The notes below the pieces were generated by a model. It saw only the letters and a program-made list of their open reading frames with translations, did not search any database and was not told the DNA's origin. DNA of 38,947 bases from a virus. Its lineage: Duplodnaviria; Caudoviricetes. The position numbers and the translations under genes are program-made. The DNA lies in the IMG/VR virus record IMGVR_UViG_3300032024_000070, positions 1-38,947 of that record; one strand, given 5' to 3'. Shown piece after piece: positions 17,331 to 26,421 of this stretch (within the stretch, counting starts at the first letter, position 1; the number at the start of each line of letters is the position of its first letter).

Positions 17331-17537
17331 ATGGCTGAGAAGTGGGAAGGCTGTCAGATGTTGGCCGGCGCCGTGATCGAGCAGGCATGGAGGGATGCTC
17401 ACAAGCAGTGTCGTAGAATGGATGAGGCGAGAGAGTTTTTGCTCTCACCATCATCGCTACTGGAACACTGGAGCCACCAAGCCGGGATGTCCCAGACATA
17501 CGTGTTAGAGAAGGCGCGCAAGGAGTTCTGTGGTTAA
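17331..17537 (+). CDS. Hypothetical phage protein
   Basis: LAGAVIEQAWRD...EAREFL pattern, common in small phage proteins. Confidence 0.6.
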   Translation: MAEKWEGCQMLAGAVIEQAWRDAHKQCRRMDEAREFLLSPSSLLEHWSHQAGMSQTYVLEKARKEFCG

Positions 17538-18186
17538 CGGAAAAAACGATCTGTCTCAGTTTATGGCGCGACTCGACGCAGTAGCCGAGGCTTTCCTTGT
17601 TCCGTGTCACGCGAACGGGCATCCTGACCTACCAAACTACGATCCATGGATGGGGCCGCGCTACGCCGTGAAGGGACATGAGTTTCCGCTCTCCGTCTTT
17701 CGCGGTGAGGGGATGGCATTGTTTCTGATTGCACGAGCGTTACAGCCGAGGGTAATCGCCGAATGCTACACCGGCACAGGGTATGCGGCGTGCTGCCTTG
17801 CTGCGGGAGCACCAGACGCCGAGACGTACACGGTCGATGTCTATTCCGAGGGCGGCCTTGGCGGACGTGGGATTGAAAACGCGACGGCCATGCAACAGGC
17901 ACTTGGATTAAGCAATCTCTATTGTCTGGTTGGAACCGTCGAGACCTTGCGAGGTAGACTCCCGGCTCCGGTGAATCTCTATCTTTCAGACGGCCCGTAT
18001 GAAGGCTCGCCATCGCTTGCCGACGATGCTGTGCATATCCGGCATGACGATACACATGGACGGGTAGAAGGTCGGGCCTTCCTGATAGAAGGCGGGTCGC
18101 ACATGAATGTCACGTGCCCTACTGTCGAGATGCGGGACTGGTTGATGGACGAGGTCGGTCCGCTTATTCATGTGTTGGCGATATGA
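17530..18186 (+). CDS. Class I SAM-dependent methyltransferase (Methyltransf_24-like)
   Basis: QPRVIAECYTGTGYA motif I variant, TYTVD and LYLSDG. Confidence 0.7.
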   Translation: MVNGKNDLSQFMARLDAVAEAFLVPCHANGHPDLPNYDPWMGPRYAVKGHEFPLSVFRGEGMALFLIARALQPRVIAECYTGTGYAACCLAAGAPDAETYTVDVYSEGGLGGRGIENATAMQQALGLSNLYCLVGTVETLRGRLPAPVNLYLSDGPYEGSPSLADDAVHIRHDDTHGRVEGRAFLIEGGSHMNVTCPTVEMRDWLMDEVGPLIHVLAI

Positions 18187-18241
18187 ACAACGACGTCGTC
18201 ATGCCGAACAGAGTGCCTGAACCTCACTACGGAGAAATAGA

Positions 18242-18427
18242 ATGGTATCCGTGGCACGCACGTTGCCAACAGAAGTCGAGTGGGTCTTGATCTGCCCGTC
18301 ATGCGACGAGCGAACCATCGGGACATGGGGTGTCAGGGACATTATCCTCTCGAAGCCATGTTCAACACCGGGATGTCAGTGGACTTGGGAGTATATTCCG
18401 ACGCCGATGGACATGGTGGTAGCATGA
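18242..18427 (+). CDS. Small Zn-ribbon-like protein
   Basis: GGAG RBS; CPSC...CSTPGC. Confidence 0.5.
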   Translation: MVSVARTLPTEVEWVLICPSCDERTIGTWGVRDIILSKPCSTPGCQWTWEYIPTPMDMVVA

Positions 18428-18675
18428 CGCAAATCGCGGGTTATATAAATCCGACTGATCCACATGGTAAGTACACGAAGGAGCGGAGAAGCGTTGCCTC
18501 AAAGGCTACGTGGGCGAGAAGAACTCCAGAAGTTAAGGCTCGAATGCGCGAACAAGACGAGAAGAGAAATAGGGCATATCAACACGAGGGCTATCAACTG
18601 TTGGTAATACCATACGCCAAGAAATCTGATGTTGAGACCTCCGTTCCAGCATTAAGGAGTTTTTGCTATGGCTAA
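18424..18675 (+). pseudogene. Internally deleted endonuclease remnant (NUMOD/DUF559-like)
   Basis: Low GC. Basic helix (SVASKATWARRTPEVKARM) joined to DEKRNRAYQHEGYQLLVI; no catalytic core visible. Confidence 0.5.
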
Positions 18676-19330
18676 TCAGACTGGCGGCTATATCGCATTT
18701 GATCTGGACGGATGTTTGTTTGACAGTGACGTTTCTCACTTCGATGCCGTCAATATCGCGCTGGCCCCTTACGGCGAGCGGATCACCGAGGAAGAACATC
18801 AGACGACCTTCAAGGGTCTGCCGACAAAACGCAAGCTCGCCATGTTGACCGAGATGGGGCGATTGCCATTGTCGGCCCACGCGGATGTCGAGCGGAGTAA
18901 AAAGGATGCGACGTTGCAGACCATCGAGTCTGTGACGCCACGACCGGAGGTCACAGCCCTTCTGCTTGCCTTGAAACAAGCGGACTGGCAGATATGCTGT
19001 TGCTCCAATTCAATCAGGGACACCGTGCAGGCGGTCTTACTGAAGATGGACATCATGGAATACATGGACTTCACCCTCAGCAACGAAGATGTCGATCATG
19101 CAAAGCCCGCACCAGACATCTACACTAAAGCCGCCAGCATCTGGCATATCGATCCCTGGCAGATGGTAGTGGTCGAGGACGGAGAAGCCGGGAAGCAAGC
19201 CGCCAGACAGGCCGGATGCCAGCTTATCGAGGTGCCTGGGCCGGAACAAGTTCAGCCCTGGCTGATTCATAGCATTCTTGCGGCTGGTAGAGCGATACAA
19301 CGTAGCACTATGGCGCTAACGGCAGCATAG
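18668..19330 (+). CDS. HAD-family phosphatase/mutase
   Basis: Motif I FDLDG, motif II CCSNS, motif III KPAPDIY, motif IV VVEDG. Confidence 0.9.
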   Translation: MANQTGGYIAFDLDGCLFDSDVSHFDAVNIALAPYGERITEEEHQTTFKGLPTKRKLAMLTEMGRLPLSAHADVERSKKDATLQTIESVTPRPEVTALLLALKQADWQICCCSNSIRDTVQAVLLKMDIMEYMDFTLSNEDVDHAKPAPDIYTKAASIWHIDPWQMVVVEDGEAGKQAARQAGCQLIEVPGPEQVQPWLIHSILAAGRAIQRSTMALTAA

Positions 19331-19338
19331 AGGAGCAG

Positions 19339-20106
19339 ATGCCCAACGTGGACAAAGCAGTCGAACAGATCATCCCCCATATCATCATCCCCTGCGCTGG
19401 TAGCGGTACGCGGTTCAAGGAGCAAGGCTACGATGTAGACAAGCCACTGATTCCTGTCGGCGGACGCCGGATGCTCGATTGGGTGTTGGATGTGATTCCA
19501 GAAGCCTGGCACCATCGAATCATTGCGGTTGTCAGGGAAAGCCAGGTGAGGCTCCGCGATGAGTTGGAGGATTGGGAGGACGGGAGGGCAGGAACAAACG
19601 TCTGCGTCATCCCAGGCCCAACACAAGGCGCGGCCTGCACAGTTTTAGCGGCGGCGGTTGGATTACCACCTGGAGATCCAGTGCTGATTATGAATGCCGA
19701 TCAATATGTTAAGTGTGATTTAGAAGCAACCATAGCATGGGCGATGGAAGAAAATCTCGATGGTTTCATCCTCACATTTCCCGGCACCGGCCCAGCATGG
19801 AGCTATGCTGTCACGAATGGACATAATCGGGTCGTGCATGTCATCGAAAAGAAGCAGGTGAGTGAACACGCAACTTGCGGAATATATTGGTGGCGCCGGG
19901 CTGGCGATCTCGTTCACTCTATTTGCTCGATGATTGCAACTGGTGAGAAGACAAGAAATGAATTTTATCTGGCACCTGCGTTTAACTTTGCTCCCCTTTC
20001 CGAGAAAGATGTACGGATCGTTACCGTCGAAGAGTTTCACGGTCTAGGGACACCGGATGATGTGCGTAAATTTATTGAGGTAATCGGTGGCACTACTGGA
20101 CACTGA
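19339..20106 (+). CDS. Sugar-phosphate nucleotidyltransferase (NTP_transferase)
   Basis: IIIPCAGSGTRF...KPLI, TQGAACT, IMNADQ, WSYA, EKK..S..ATCGIY, NEFYLAP and GLGTPDD. Confidence 0.9.
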   Translation: MPNVDKAVEQIIPHIIIPCAGSGTRFKEQGYDVDKPLIPVGGRRMLDWVLDVIPEAWHHRIIAVVRESQVRLRDELEDWEDGRAGTNVCVIPGPTQGAACTVLAAAVGLPPGDPVLIMNADQYVKCDLEATIAWAMEENLDGFILTFPGTGPAWSYAVTNGHNRVVHVIEKKQVSEHATCGIYWWRRAGDLVHSICSMIATGEKTRNEFYLAPAFNFAPLSEKDVRIVTVEEFHGLGTPDDVRKFIEVIGGTTGH

Positions 20107-20716
20107 AGAGCGTCGTCTTTACAATCGTAAATATCGCCAGCGTCTTGTCGCATCTGGGCACTGTAGCGGTTGCGCGACAGGCATTCCCGCACTCGGTAAG
20201 AAGTGTTGCAGTGATTGCATCACTTCTGCCAGAGAGCGAAGGATTAGGTATGCAGCCTCAGGTGCGTGTACTTACTGTGGCTGCCGCACAGCCAAGGCCG
20301 GCAGAAGAGGATGTTCTCGTTGTCTCGTTATAAAACAACAAAGCAGTAGACGTTTGCATAGTAGGTTTGTACATGGGGCGTATATAGCTAAACGTCGCGG
20401 TCTGCATTGGGAGCTTAGTAAGGCAGAGTATGAAGCAATATCCAATGGACCATGCTTCTATTGCGGATCAACCTTGCCTGAGGTTGGCGCTGGACTTGAT
20501 AGATTAGATAACAGTCGCGGATACGACAGAGATAACGTTGTGCCGTGTTGCGGAGTTTGCAATACCATCCGAAGTGACCGGTTCTCTGCTGGCGAGATGC
20601 GTCTCATAGGTGCTGTGATTTGTCAAATATATGCAACTAGGGGCGAACAGGTGAAATCCTTTGAACAACAGCTTGCGAAGCGAACACAGCCAAAGCTTGC
20701 AGAGATATGCGCGTGA
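20087..20716 (+). CDS. Free-standing HNH endonuclease with Cys-rich N-terminal repeats
   Basis: Two C-x2-C...C-x2-C repeats, then CFYCG...GLDRLDNSRGY..DNVVPCCGVCN. Low GC; overlaps both neighbours. Confidence 0.85.
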   Translation: MALLDTEERRLYNRKYRQRLVASGHCSGCATGIPALGKKCCSDCITSARERRIRYAASGACTYCGCRTAKAGRRGCSRCLVIKQQSSRRLHSRFVHGAYIAKRRGLHWELSKAEYEAISNGPCFYCGSTLPEVGAGLDRLDNSRGYDRDNVVPCCGVCNTIRSDRFSAGEMRLIGAVICQIYATRGEQVKSFEQQLAKRTQPKLAEICA

Positions 20717-20811
20717 ACATCCCACGCGACGCCGTCTGTCCGGTCTGCCTTGGTGTTGTTCCATTGTGCAAAAAGTGCCTAAAGCGGTGGGAGGAGGCGA
20801 CAAAGAAGTGA
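20707..20811 (+). CDS. 34-aa Cys4 micro-protein (absent from the ORF track)
   Basis: MRVNIPRDAVCPVCLGVVPLCKKCLKRWEEATKK*. Fills the gap and has a GTGA overlap with the next gene. Confidence 0.5.
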   Translation: MRVNIPRDAVCPVCLGVVPLCKKCLKRWEEATKK

Positions 20812-21617
20812 CACCACGAATGTCCGTTCTCATCCCCACTCGCAACGCCCCTTCAATCCTCGCGCTTACCCTCGCGCACTATTGGGCGAACGCGCATGAT
20901 GACCGGCTCGTCGATTCCGTGACACTGCTCGACAATGCGTCAACGGCTCCCGGTATGGACGCAGTACTGGCTGAGGCCCATCGTCGAGGCTGTCACGTCA
21001 TCCGGCATGAGAAGAATATCGGCGTCTGGGCCTCCGTGAATCGAGGGCTGGCGCTCAGTCGATCCGAGAAGGTGTTTGTGCTGACCTCCGACATTCTCCT
21101 CGCGCCCGATGCCTTGAAATGGCTCCACGCGATACAGGATGACACAGGCGTCGATTTCCTTGGCCCAAAGGTCATCAGCGACCAGCAGGAGTACCTGTGG
21201 ACACTGTATGACGACCCGCTGCCTGCGCAGACAGTTGACATCTCGGCTTACAACGGCGCGGTGTGGCTGTTCACGCGGGAGTGCATCGAGAAAGTCGGCT
21301 ACTTCGACCCGAGTTTCTATGTGTGCTTCGGGGATGTTGACTATGCACAGCGAGTTAAAGACGCAGGTTTGTCGTATGGCGTGACAGATGCCGTGCGGTG
21401 TCTGCATCTCGACAAGTGTTCACGTCGCGCCGATCACACCGCCGATCAAGACACATCTATCGAAATTCGAGACTGGGAGCGATTTGCAGAGAAGTGGTCG
21501 CATCGGCCCGATGTCATGGTAAAACACGCAAAGCCCGATCGTATCTTCTACAACATGCTCAAAGAACGCTACTGGGAACAGAATGTCGTACAACCCGCTC
21601 CGGTGGAGGTGTCCTAG
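20808..21617 (+). CDS. Glycosyltransferase family 2
   Basis: GTG start after GAGGAGG. SVLIPTRN, LLDNAST, NIG...SVNRG, VLTSDI and FD..FYVCFGDVDY. Confidence 0.88.
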   Translation: MTPRMSVLIPTRNAPSILALTLAHYWANAHDDRLVDSVTLLDNASTAPGMDAVLAEAHRRGCHVIRHEKNIGVWASVNRGLALSRSEKVFVLTSDILLAPDALKWLHAIQDDTGVDFLGPKVISDQQEYLWTLYDDPLPAQTVDISAYNGAVWLFTRECIEKVGYFDPSFYVCFGDVDYAQRVKDAGLSYGVTDAVRCLHLDKCSRRADHTADQDTSIEIRDWERFAEKWSHRPDVMVKHAKPDRIFYNMLKERYWEQNVVQPAPVEVS

Positions 21618-24600
21618 TGACTGAGATCGACCCGATTCAGTTGATTGAACAGGATCAAGCATTGAAGGCGCGTGAGATCGTCAAAGATTTGCCTGCGGAT
21701 GATCCGGTACGGGTGCAGATCGAGACATTGACTGAGCATATCGCGTCACCGGAAGCCCATCAGGAGTATTACAAGACGATGCGCGGTGGGGTTTGTCCTG
21801 AAAACGAGGTGTTCAGGCGGCACGAGCAGGTCACGCGGTTTGCGAAGATCAGAGCATTGATCTTAGAGCGCAAGCATCAGATGGTGCTCGACCTTGGCTG
21901 TCTGGACGGCTGGCAGTTGCTTAACCTCGCGGCGTCTGGCGTCAAGGGCATCGGGGTCGATCTGTGTGGGGAAGCCATCGGGGTCGCGTTAGACCGAGCG
22001 AAGAAGTGGGGGTTCGAGGTTAATTTCATCGAAAGCGCCATCGAAGACGTTAATATCTGCGGTGGCCCTCCTGGGATGTCGATAGACGACATAAACGAGG
22101 ATACTCCAGTCACGCAGATTCTATTTGATGCGGCCATCATGTCCGAAGTCCTGGAGCACGTCCTTGACCCGCTGGCCTGCTTCCAGACGGCGGCGAAACA
22201 CCTGAAGCCGAGCGGCATCCTGTATGTCAGCGTCCCGGCAACCGCAATCCCTCATCGTGGCAAGCTCGAAGACGCCAGAGAGCATCTGCGGGTGTTCAGC
22301 GAGCAGGACATTATCGACCTTGCGGCGCAAGCGGGGCTCCATCGTGTTGTGGATCACGAGATCATCGAGCAGCAGGATGAGGGTCAGCGATTTGCGAACA
22401 GGACGATCAGCTTCCGGCGAGCAACAATCACAGTCTATACCGGCCACGTCACCGGAGGCTGGAACCCCAGCGATCCGATGACTCTCGGTGGGTCAGAAGA
22501 ACTCGTCGTCAAGACGGCTGAAGCATGGGCGACGCAGGGCCATATCGTCACCGTGCATGGCGATGTCCAGACTGGAGCGGTCAACAGCGTACAGTATTAC
22601 AGTCGAGTGCAAACTCCCGCTGCGAACCCCGATGTCCTGATCTGCTACAAGACGCTCGATTACATCGACTATCCGGCAGGGTCAACGATCTTCTGGACAA
22701 CCGATCTCCCGGCGCCAGGACAGGCAGCGACGTTCTTCCCACCGAAGTTGGTCGAGCCTGTCAAGGCCATCATCTGTATCAGCAATTACCATCGCCAAGA
22801 ACTGCTGAAGGCGGTGCCGTGGCTAAATCCTGCGAAGGTACATCAGCATTGGCTTGGGATTGACAGGGAAGAGATTGATTGTGCGGTGCAGTCCTTCGAG
22901 AAGGTTCCACACCGCGTCCTCTATGCTTCCTCCTACGATAGGGGCTTGCGACAACTCCTCGAAGCCTGGCCGACTGTTAAGGCGGCAGTACCGGACGCCG
23001 AACTGCACGTCACCTACGGCTGGGACTTCTGGATCAAGTCTGAAGCGGTCGTAGCGAAACCCATTGCAGAGTCAATGAGACAGGAACGCAAGGCGCTGGA
23101 TGTCTTACTCGCACAGCCCGGGGTGACACATCTTGGGCGGTTGACTCGTGAAGGCACACTTCGAGAATTCGCCCAAGCCGAGGTATGGGCGTATCCCTGC
23201 ACGGGTGGCGAGTTGTGCTGCAAGACGGCACTCGAAGTACAGGCGATGTCCTGCAAGGTGTTGGTCGTCCCAACGATGGTTCTCGCGGAGACAGCGGAAC
23301 ATGGCCGGCATACTACCTTCGAGCGGTTTGCCGACGACCTGATCGATGTATTGCGGGATACCAGCACCCCAACGTATCCTTGTCCCCCATCTTGGGACGA
23401 TCTGGCTCGATGGTCGTGGAATGTGATGAAGCCGGGTGTCTCAGCGCCACAACAGAGCAATATCGAGCCTGTAGAGCCTCCTGATGCCCCCCTGGAGCGT
23501 TTTTCGATCCCTTCCTGTACATCTGAGCCTCCGACTCGTCAGTTGTCGATCCTGATGGCAGTGGGGGGAATGCCGTTCGATGGTGAGACGGATCGCAAGC
23601 GTGATCTTGGCGGTAGCGAATCGGCAGCAATTGCGCTGTCGCGTGCTATGGCGAAACGCGGGCATAGCGTGACGGTGTTCTCGAATCTGCCGGATAAGCC
23701 GGGCAAGTTCGACGGCGTCTCGTATCTGCCGATTGACCAGTATGCTCGTTACGCCGCATCGACGCCGCATGACGTGAGCATCGTGCAGCGGGAACCGAGC
23801 GCGTTCAATATGGCGTTCCAGAGCAAGCTCAATGTCTTGTGGTGCCACGATCTTGGCTTGAAGCGTTACCACGTACCCTTCCGGTCAAGCCTCTGGAACG
23901 TCGATTACGTGGTCCCGGTGTCACACTGGCACGGACGGCAACTCTGCGAGGTCTACGACCTTCCTGCCGAGCTGATCGTACCGATGAACAACGGCATCGA
24001 GTACAACCTGATTCGTAAGACGGTGGATAAGAAAACTAAGCGTGACCCGAACGCGCTGGTCTACGCCTCACGCCCTGAACGCGGGCTTGACGTGCTGCTA
24101 CAATCGGTGTTTCCAAAGCTGTTGGAACGCAACCCGAATCTGGTACTTTACGTCGCCGGATATGCGAACACCACTTCAGAGATGGAAGGCTTTTACCGGC
24201 ATTGCCACCAGCTCATGGAGAAGTTCGGTGATCACGTAAAATATCTCGGCGCATTGACGAAGGCTGAACTCTACAAGCTCTATTCACGCGCGAGCGCCTA
24301 CGTGTATGTGTCCAGGAATTTCCGCGAAGTATCCTGTATTTCATTGCTCGAATCCGCTGCCTCTGGATTGCCAGTGATTGCGACAACGCTCGGCGCCTTG
24401 CCTGAAACCGCCTCTCGCATCGACGGAGCGACTAGGCTTGTTGAGCATCCCGGACATGAGGCGACACCGGAGTTCATTAACCGATTCGTGAACGAGGCAT
24501 GGGATGTGCTGTCGAATCCAACGACACTCATGGCTATGAGCATCAAGGGGGCGACCGAAGCAGCATCCTGTTCGTGGGACGTGATTGCTGAGGAGTGGGA

Positions 24601-26266
24601 GAACTTCCTGCTCGGCGCGATTGAACTACGGTCGAAGGATATGCTGCGGCTTGCCAGACACCAGTGGCGACTTGGGGACATACGAGGCGTCAATCGTGTT
24701 CTCCCGGCATTGACACCTGACGAATATACCGCGTTTCGGCATGGCGCAGAGATCGCGGTAATGGATGCCGACAAGCCGCCGATGCCTCCTCAGTCGGTTA
24801 TCAATGCCCTCTGTAACGTCGCGGACTCACTGAAGCCAAAGACAATACTCGGACTAGGGCCACATGGGGCAGAGGTTGCTCAAGCCGTCGCGCAGGCAAT
24901 CGGGGCGAACCACATTGATGAGGGTCCGGCTGACCTCGTAATTGGCGTTGAAACCCTCGATTGTGCGAGTGATCCATCGGCTCATATCGCGGAGGCACAA
25001 ACTCTCGTAAAGACTGACGGCCACGTCTGCTTCGTGACTGCCTCTCCCGGTGTCCAACAGGATCGGCTGCATAATGGCCAGAAGAGAGCGAAGCGATGGG
25101 TCTTTGACAACCATGATCTCAAGGAACTCTTCAAGGATCGTCTAGACCTGCTGGCAATGGTGATCGAAGGTGGGCTGTTGTCGGCCTATGACGGCAGGCC
25201 ACTCGCATGGCAACTGCATTGCTTCCAGCGGTCAGATGCCAAGATCGGTCAGATCAATACCGCTCGAAGGCTGTGGCTACAATCCCCGCAACTGAGCTTG
25301 ACCGGCGCGATGATTGTGAAAGATGGCGAGGGGCTCTTGACTCGCTGCCTGAAGTCGATCGCGCCATACTGTGATGAGCTCGTGATAGAAGATACAGGCT
25401 CAACCGATACGACACCGGACATTCTTCTACGGTTCGGTGTCGAACCCGGCAAGGGACTGAACCCGTTAGACGTAGGCTTCGATGCAGCACGGAACAAGGG
25501 GCTGGAGCGAGCGACTGGGGACGTGATCCTGTGGGTCGATGATGACGAGGAACTCCTGGACGCGAAAGCCCTGCCGAAGTATCTGCGATGGTCGATGTAC
25601 AACGGCTGTGCGATTCAGCAGCACCATTTCAGCGCCGTCCCACCAAACGCTTTTAAACCTGATTTACCAGTGCGATTGTTCAGAAGAACGTGGCTCAATG
25701 GGAAGAATACGGGGATACGTTTCATAGGTCGGGTTCACGAACATCCCGAAAGTGGGATGAACCAATCCGTCGGCCAAAGCATCGTGCTGTCCGATGTTCA
25801 TATCGCGCATGACGGCTACTTGACCGAATCGACACGGCGTGGCAGGTTTGACCGCAATATCGCGTTGATGCTGCGAGATCGGGCGGCATACCCAGATCGA
25901 GTGTTGGGCAAGTTCCTGATGCTTCGGGACTGGATTCACTTGGCGCGCTACGATTCCGAGCAGAACGGTGGAGCCTTGACACCTTCAGCCGTCCAGTACC
26001 TTGAGGCAGCGATCGAGGGCTATCGCCGGGACTTCCTCGGCGGGATGCACCAGATGGCGGTTGACGGCCTGCCCTACTACAACGAGGCGCTACAAATCCT
26101 TCGCAGGGGCTTCGAGGTGCAGATTGTCCTGCGTATTGGCGGGATTGACGGGCAGCCGCGAGAACTGACCTACAGTGGACGGGTGTTGAACGAGGAAGAC
26201 TTGCAAAAGATGCTGTCGAACAGCGCGCGGGAATTGTCGGCAGTCTGGCAAGGGGAGTATTTGTGA
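21617..26266 (+). CDS. Multidomain protein (~1549 aa): methyltransferase + GT4 + GT4 + degenerate methyltransferase + GT2 + helical tail
   Basis: VLDLGC...EVLEHV.DP; GGSEE...YASSYDRGL...ELCCKTALE; LGGSES...YASRPERGL...EVSCISLLESAASG; ETLDCASDP; MIVKDGE..L..CL...WVDDDE...GRVHE...HDGY. GTG start at 21617 after GGAGG. Confidence 0.88.
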   Translation: MTEIDPIQLIEQDQALKAREIVKDLPADDPVRVQIETLTEHIASPEAHQEYYKTMRGGVCPENEVFRRHEQVTRFAKIRALILERKHQMVLDLGCLDGWQLLNLAASGVKGIGVDLCGEAIGVALDRAKKWGFEVNFIESAIEDVNICGGPPGMSIDDINEDTPVTQILFDAAIMSEVLEHVLDPLACFQTAAKHLKPSGILYVSVPATAIPHRGKLEDAREHLRVFSEQDIIDLAAQAGLHRVVDHEIIEQQDEGQRFANRTISFRRATITVYTGHVTGGWNPSDPMTLGGSEELVVKTAEAWATQGHIVTVHGDVQTGAVNSVQYYSRVQTPAANPDVLICYKTLDYIDYPAGSTIFWTTDLPAPGQAATFFPPKLVEPVKAIICISNYHRQELLKAVPWLNPAKVHQHWLGIDREEIDCAVQSFEKVPHRVLYASSYDRGLRQLLEAWPTVKAAVPDAELHVTYGWDFWIKSEAVVAKPIAESMRQERKALDVLLAQPGVTHLGRLTREGTLREFAQAEVWAYPCTGGELCCKTALEVQAMSCKVLVVPTMVLAETAEHGRHTTFERFADDLIDVLRDTSTPTYPCPPSWDDLARWSWNVMKPGVSAPQQSNIEPVEPPDAPLERFSIPSCTSEPPTRQLSILMAVGGMPFDGETDRKRDLGGSESAAIALSRAMAKRGHSVTVFSNLPDKPGKFDGVSYLPIDQYARYAASTPHDVSIVQREPSAFNMAFQSKLNVLWCHDLGLKRYHVPFRSSLWNVDYVVPVSHWHGRQLCEVYDLPAELIVPMNNGIEYNLIRKTVDKKTKRDPNALVYASRPERGLDVLLQSVFPKLLERNPNLVLYVAGYANTTSEMEGFYRHCHQLMEKFGDHVKYLGALTKAELYKLYSRASAYVYVSRNFREVSCISLLESAASGLPVIATTLGALPETASRIDGATRLVEHPGHEATPEFINRFVNEAWDVLSNPTTLMAMSIKGATEAASCSWDVIAEEWENFLLGAIELRSKDMLRLARHQWRLGDIRGVNRVLPALTPDEYTAFRHGAEIAVMDADKPPMPPQSVINALCNVADSLKPKTILGLGPHGAEVAQAVAQAIGANHIDEGPADLVIGVETLDCASDPSAHIAEAQTLVKTDGHVCFVTASPGVQQDRLHNGQKRAKRWVFDNHDLKELFKDRLDLLAMVIEGGLLSAYDGRPLAWQLHCFQRSDAKIGQINTARRLWLQSPQLSLTGAMIVKDGEGLLTRCLKSIAPYCDELVIEDTGSTDTTPDILLRFGVEPGKGLNPLDVGFDAARNKGLERATGDVILWVDDDEELLDAKALPKYLRWSMYNGCAIQQHHFSAVPPNAFKPDLPVRLFRRTWLNGKNTGIRFIGRVHEHPESGMNQSVGQSIVLSDVHIAHDGYLTESTRRGRFDRNIALMLRDRAAYPDRVLGKFLMLRDWIHLARYDSEQNGGALTPSAVQYLEAAIEGYRRDFLGGMHQMAVDGLPYYNEALQILRRGFEVQIVLRIGGIDGQPRELTYSGRVLNEEDLQKMLSNSARELSAVWQGEYL

Positions 26267-26267
26267 C

Positions 26268-26396
26268 ATGCTGAATTGGCTAGATCCGACGATAGACGCT
26301 GACGATAAGTTTTCGCCTGTGATGGATGTTAAGGTATGGTTAGATCCTACGATAGACGCTATCGATAGGTTTTCACCACAGTTGAACGTGGCCTGA
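26268..26396 (+). CDS. 42-aa peptide made of two 20-aa repeats (absent from the ORF track)
   Basis: MLN-WLDPTIDADDKFSPVMDVKV-WLDPTIDAIDRFSPQLNVA*. AGGGGAG RBS; 60-nt periodic repeat with synonymous differences. Confidence 0.7.
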   Translation: MLNWLDPTIDADDKFSPVMDVKVWLDPTIDAIDRFSPQLNVA

Positions 26397-26421
26397 CCAA
26401 GGTGTCGGTAGGGTATAAAAG

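Noticed and set aside
20661-20807. N-terminal extension of the GT2 ORF
   Set aside because: It overlaps the HNH and the micro-ORF; the better start is 20808.
21398-21616. N-terminal extension of the 1622-aa ORF
   Set aside because: It overlaps the GT2 gene. The GTG at 21617 has a GGAGG RBS and stop-start coupling.
16660-26266. Island as a DNA hypermodification system
   Set aside because: No base-hydroxymethylase, TET/JBP, nucleotide kinase or replication context is seen. Location and GT types fit protein or surface glycans better, though DNA modification is not formally excluded.
26276-26380. Direct repeat as a possible CRISPR array or DGR TR/VR pair
   Set aside because: Only two contiguous 60-nt units with no spacer. 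Differences are not adenine-specific, no reverse transcriptase or cas gene is present, and the peptide repeat explains it.
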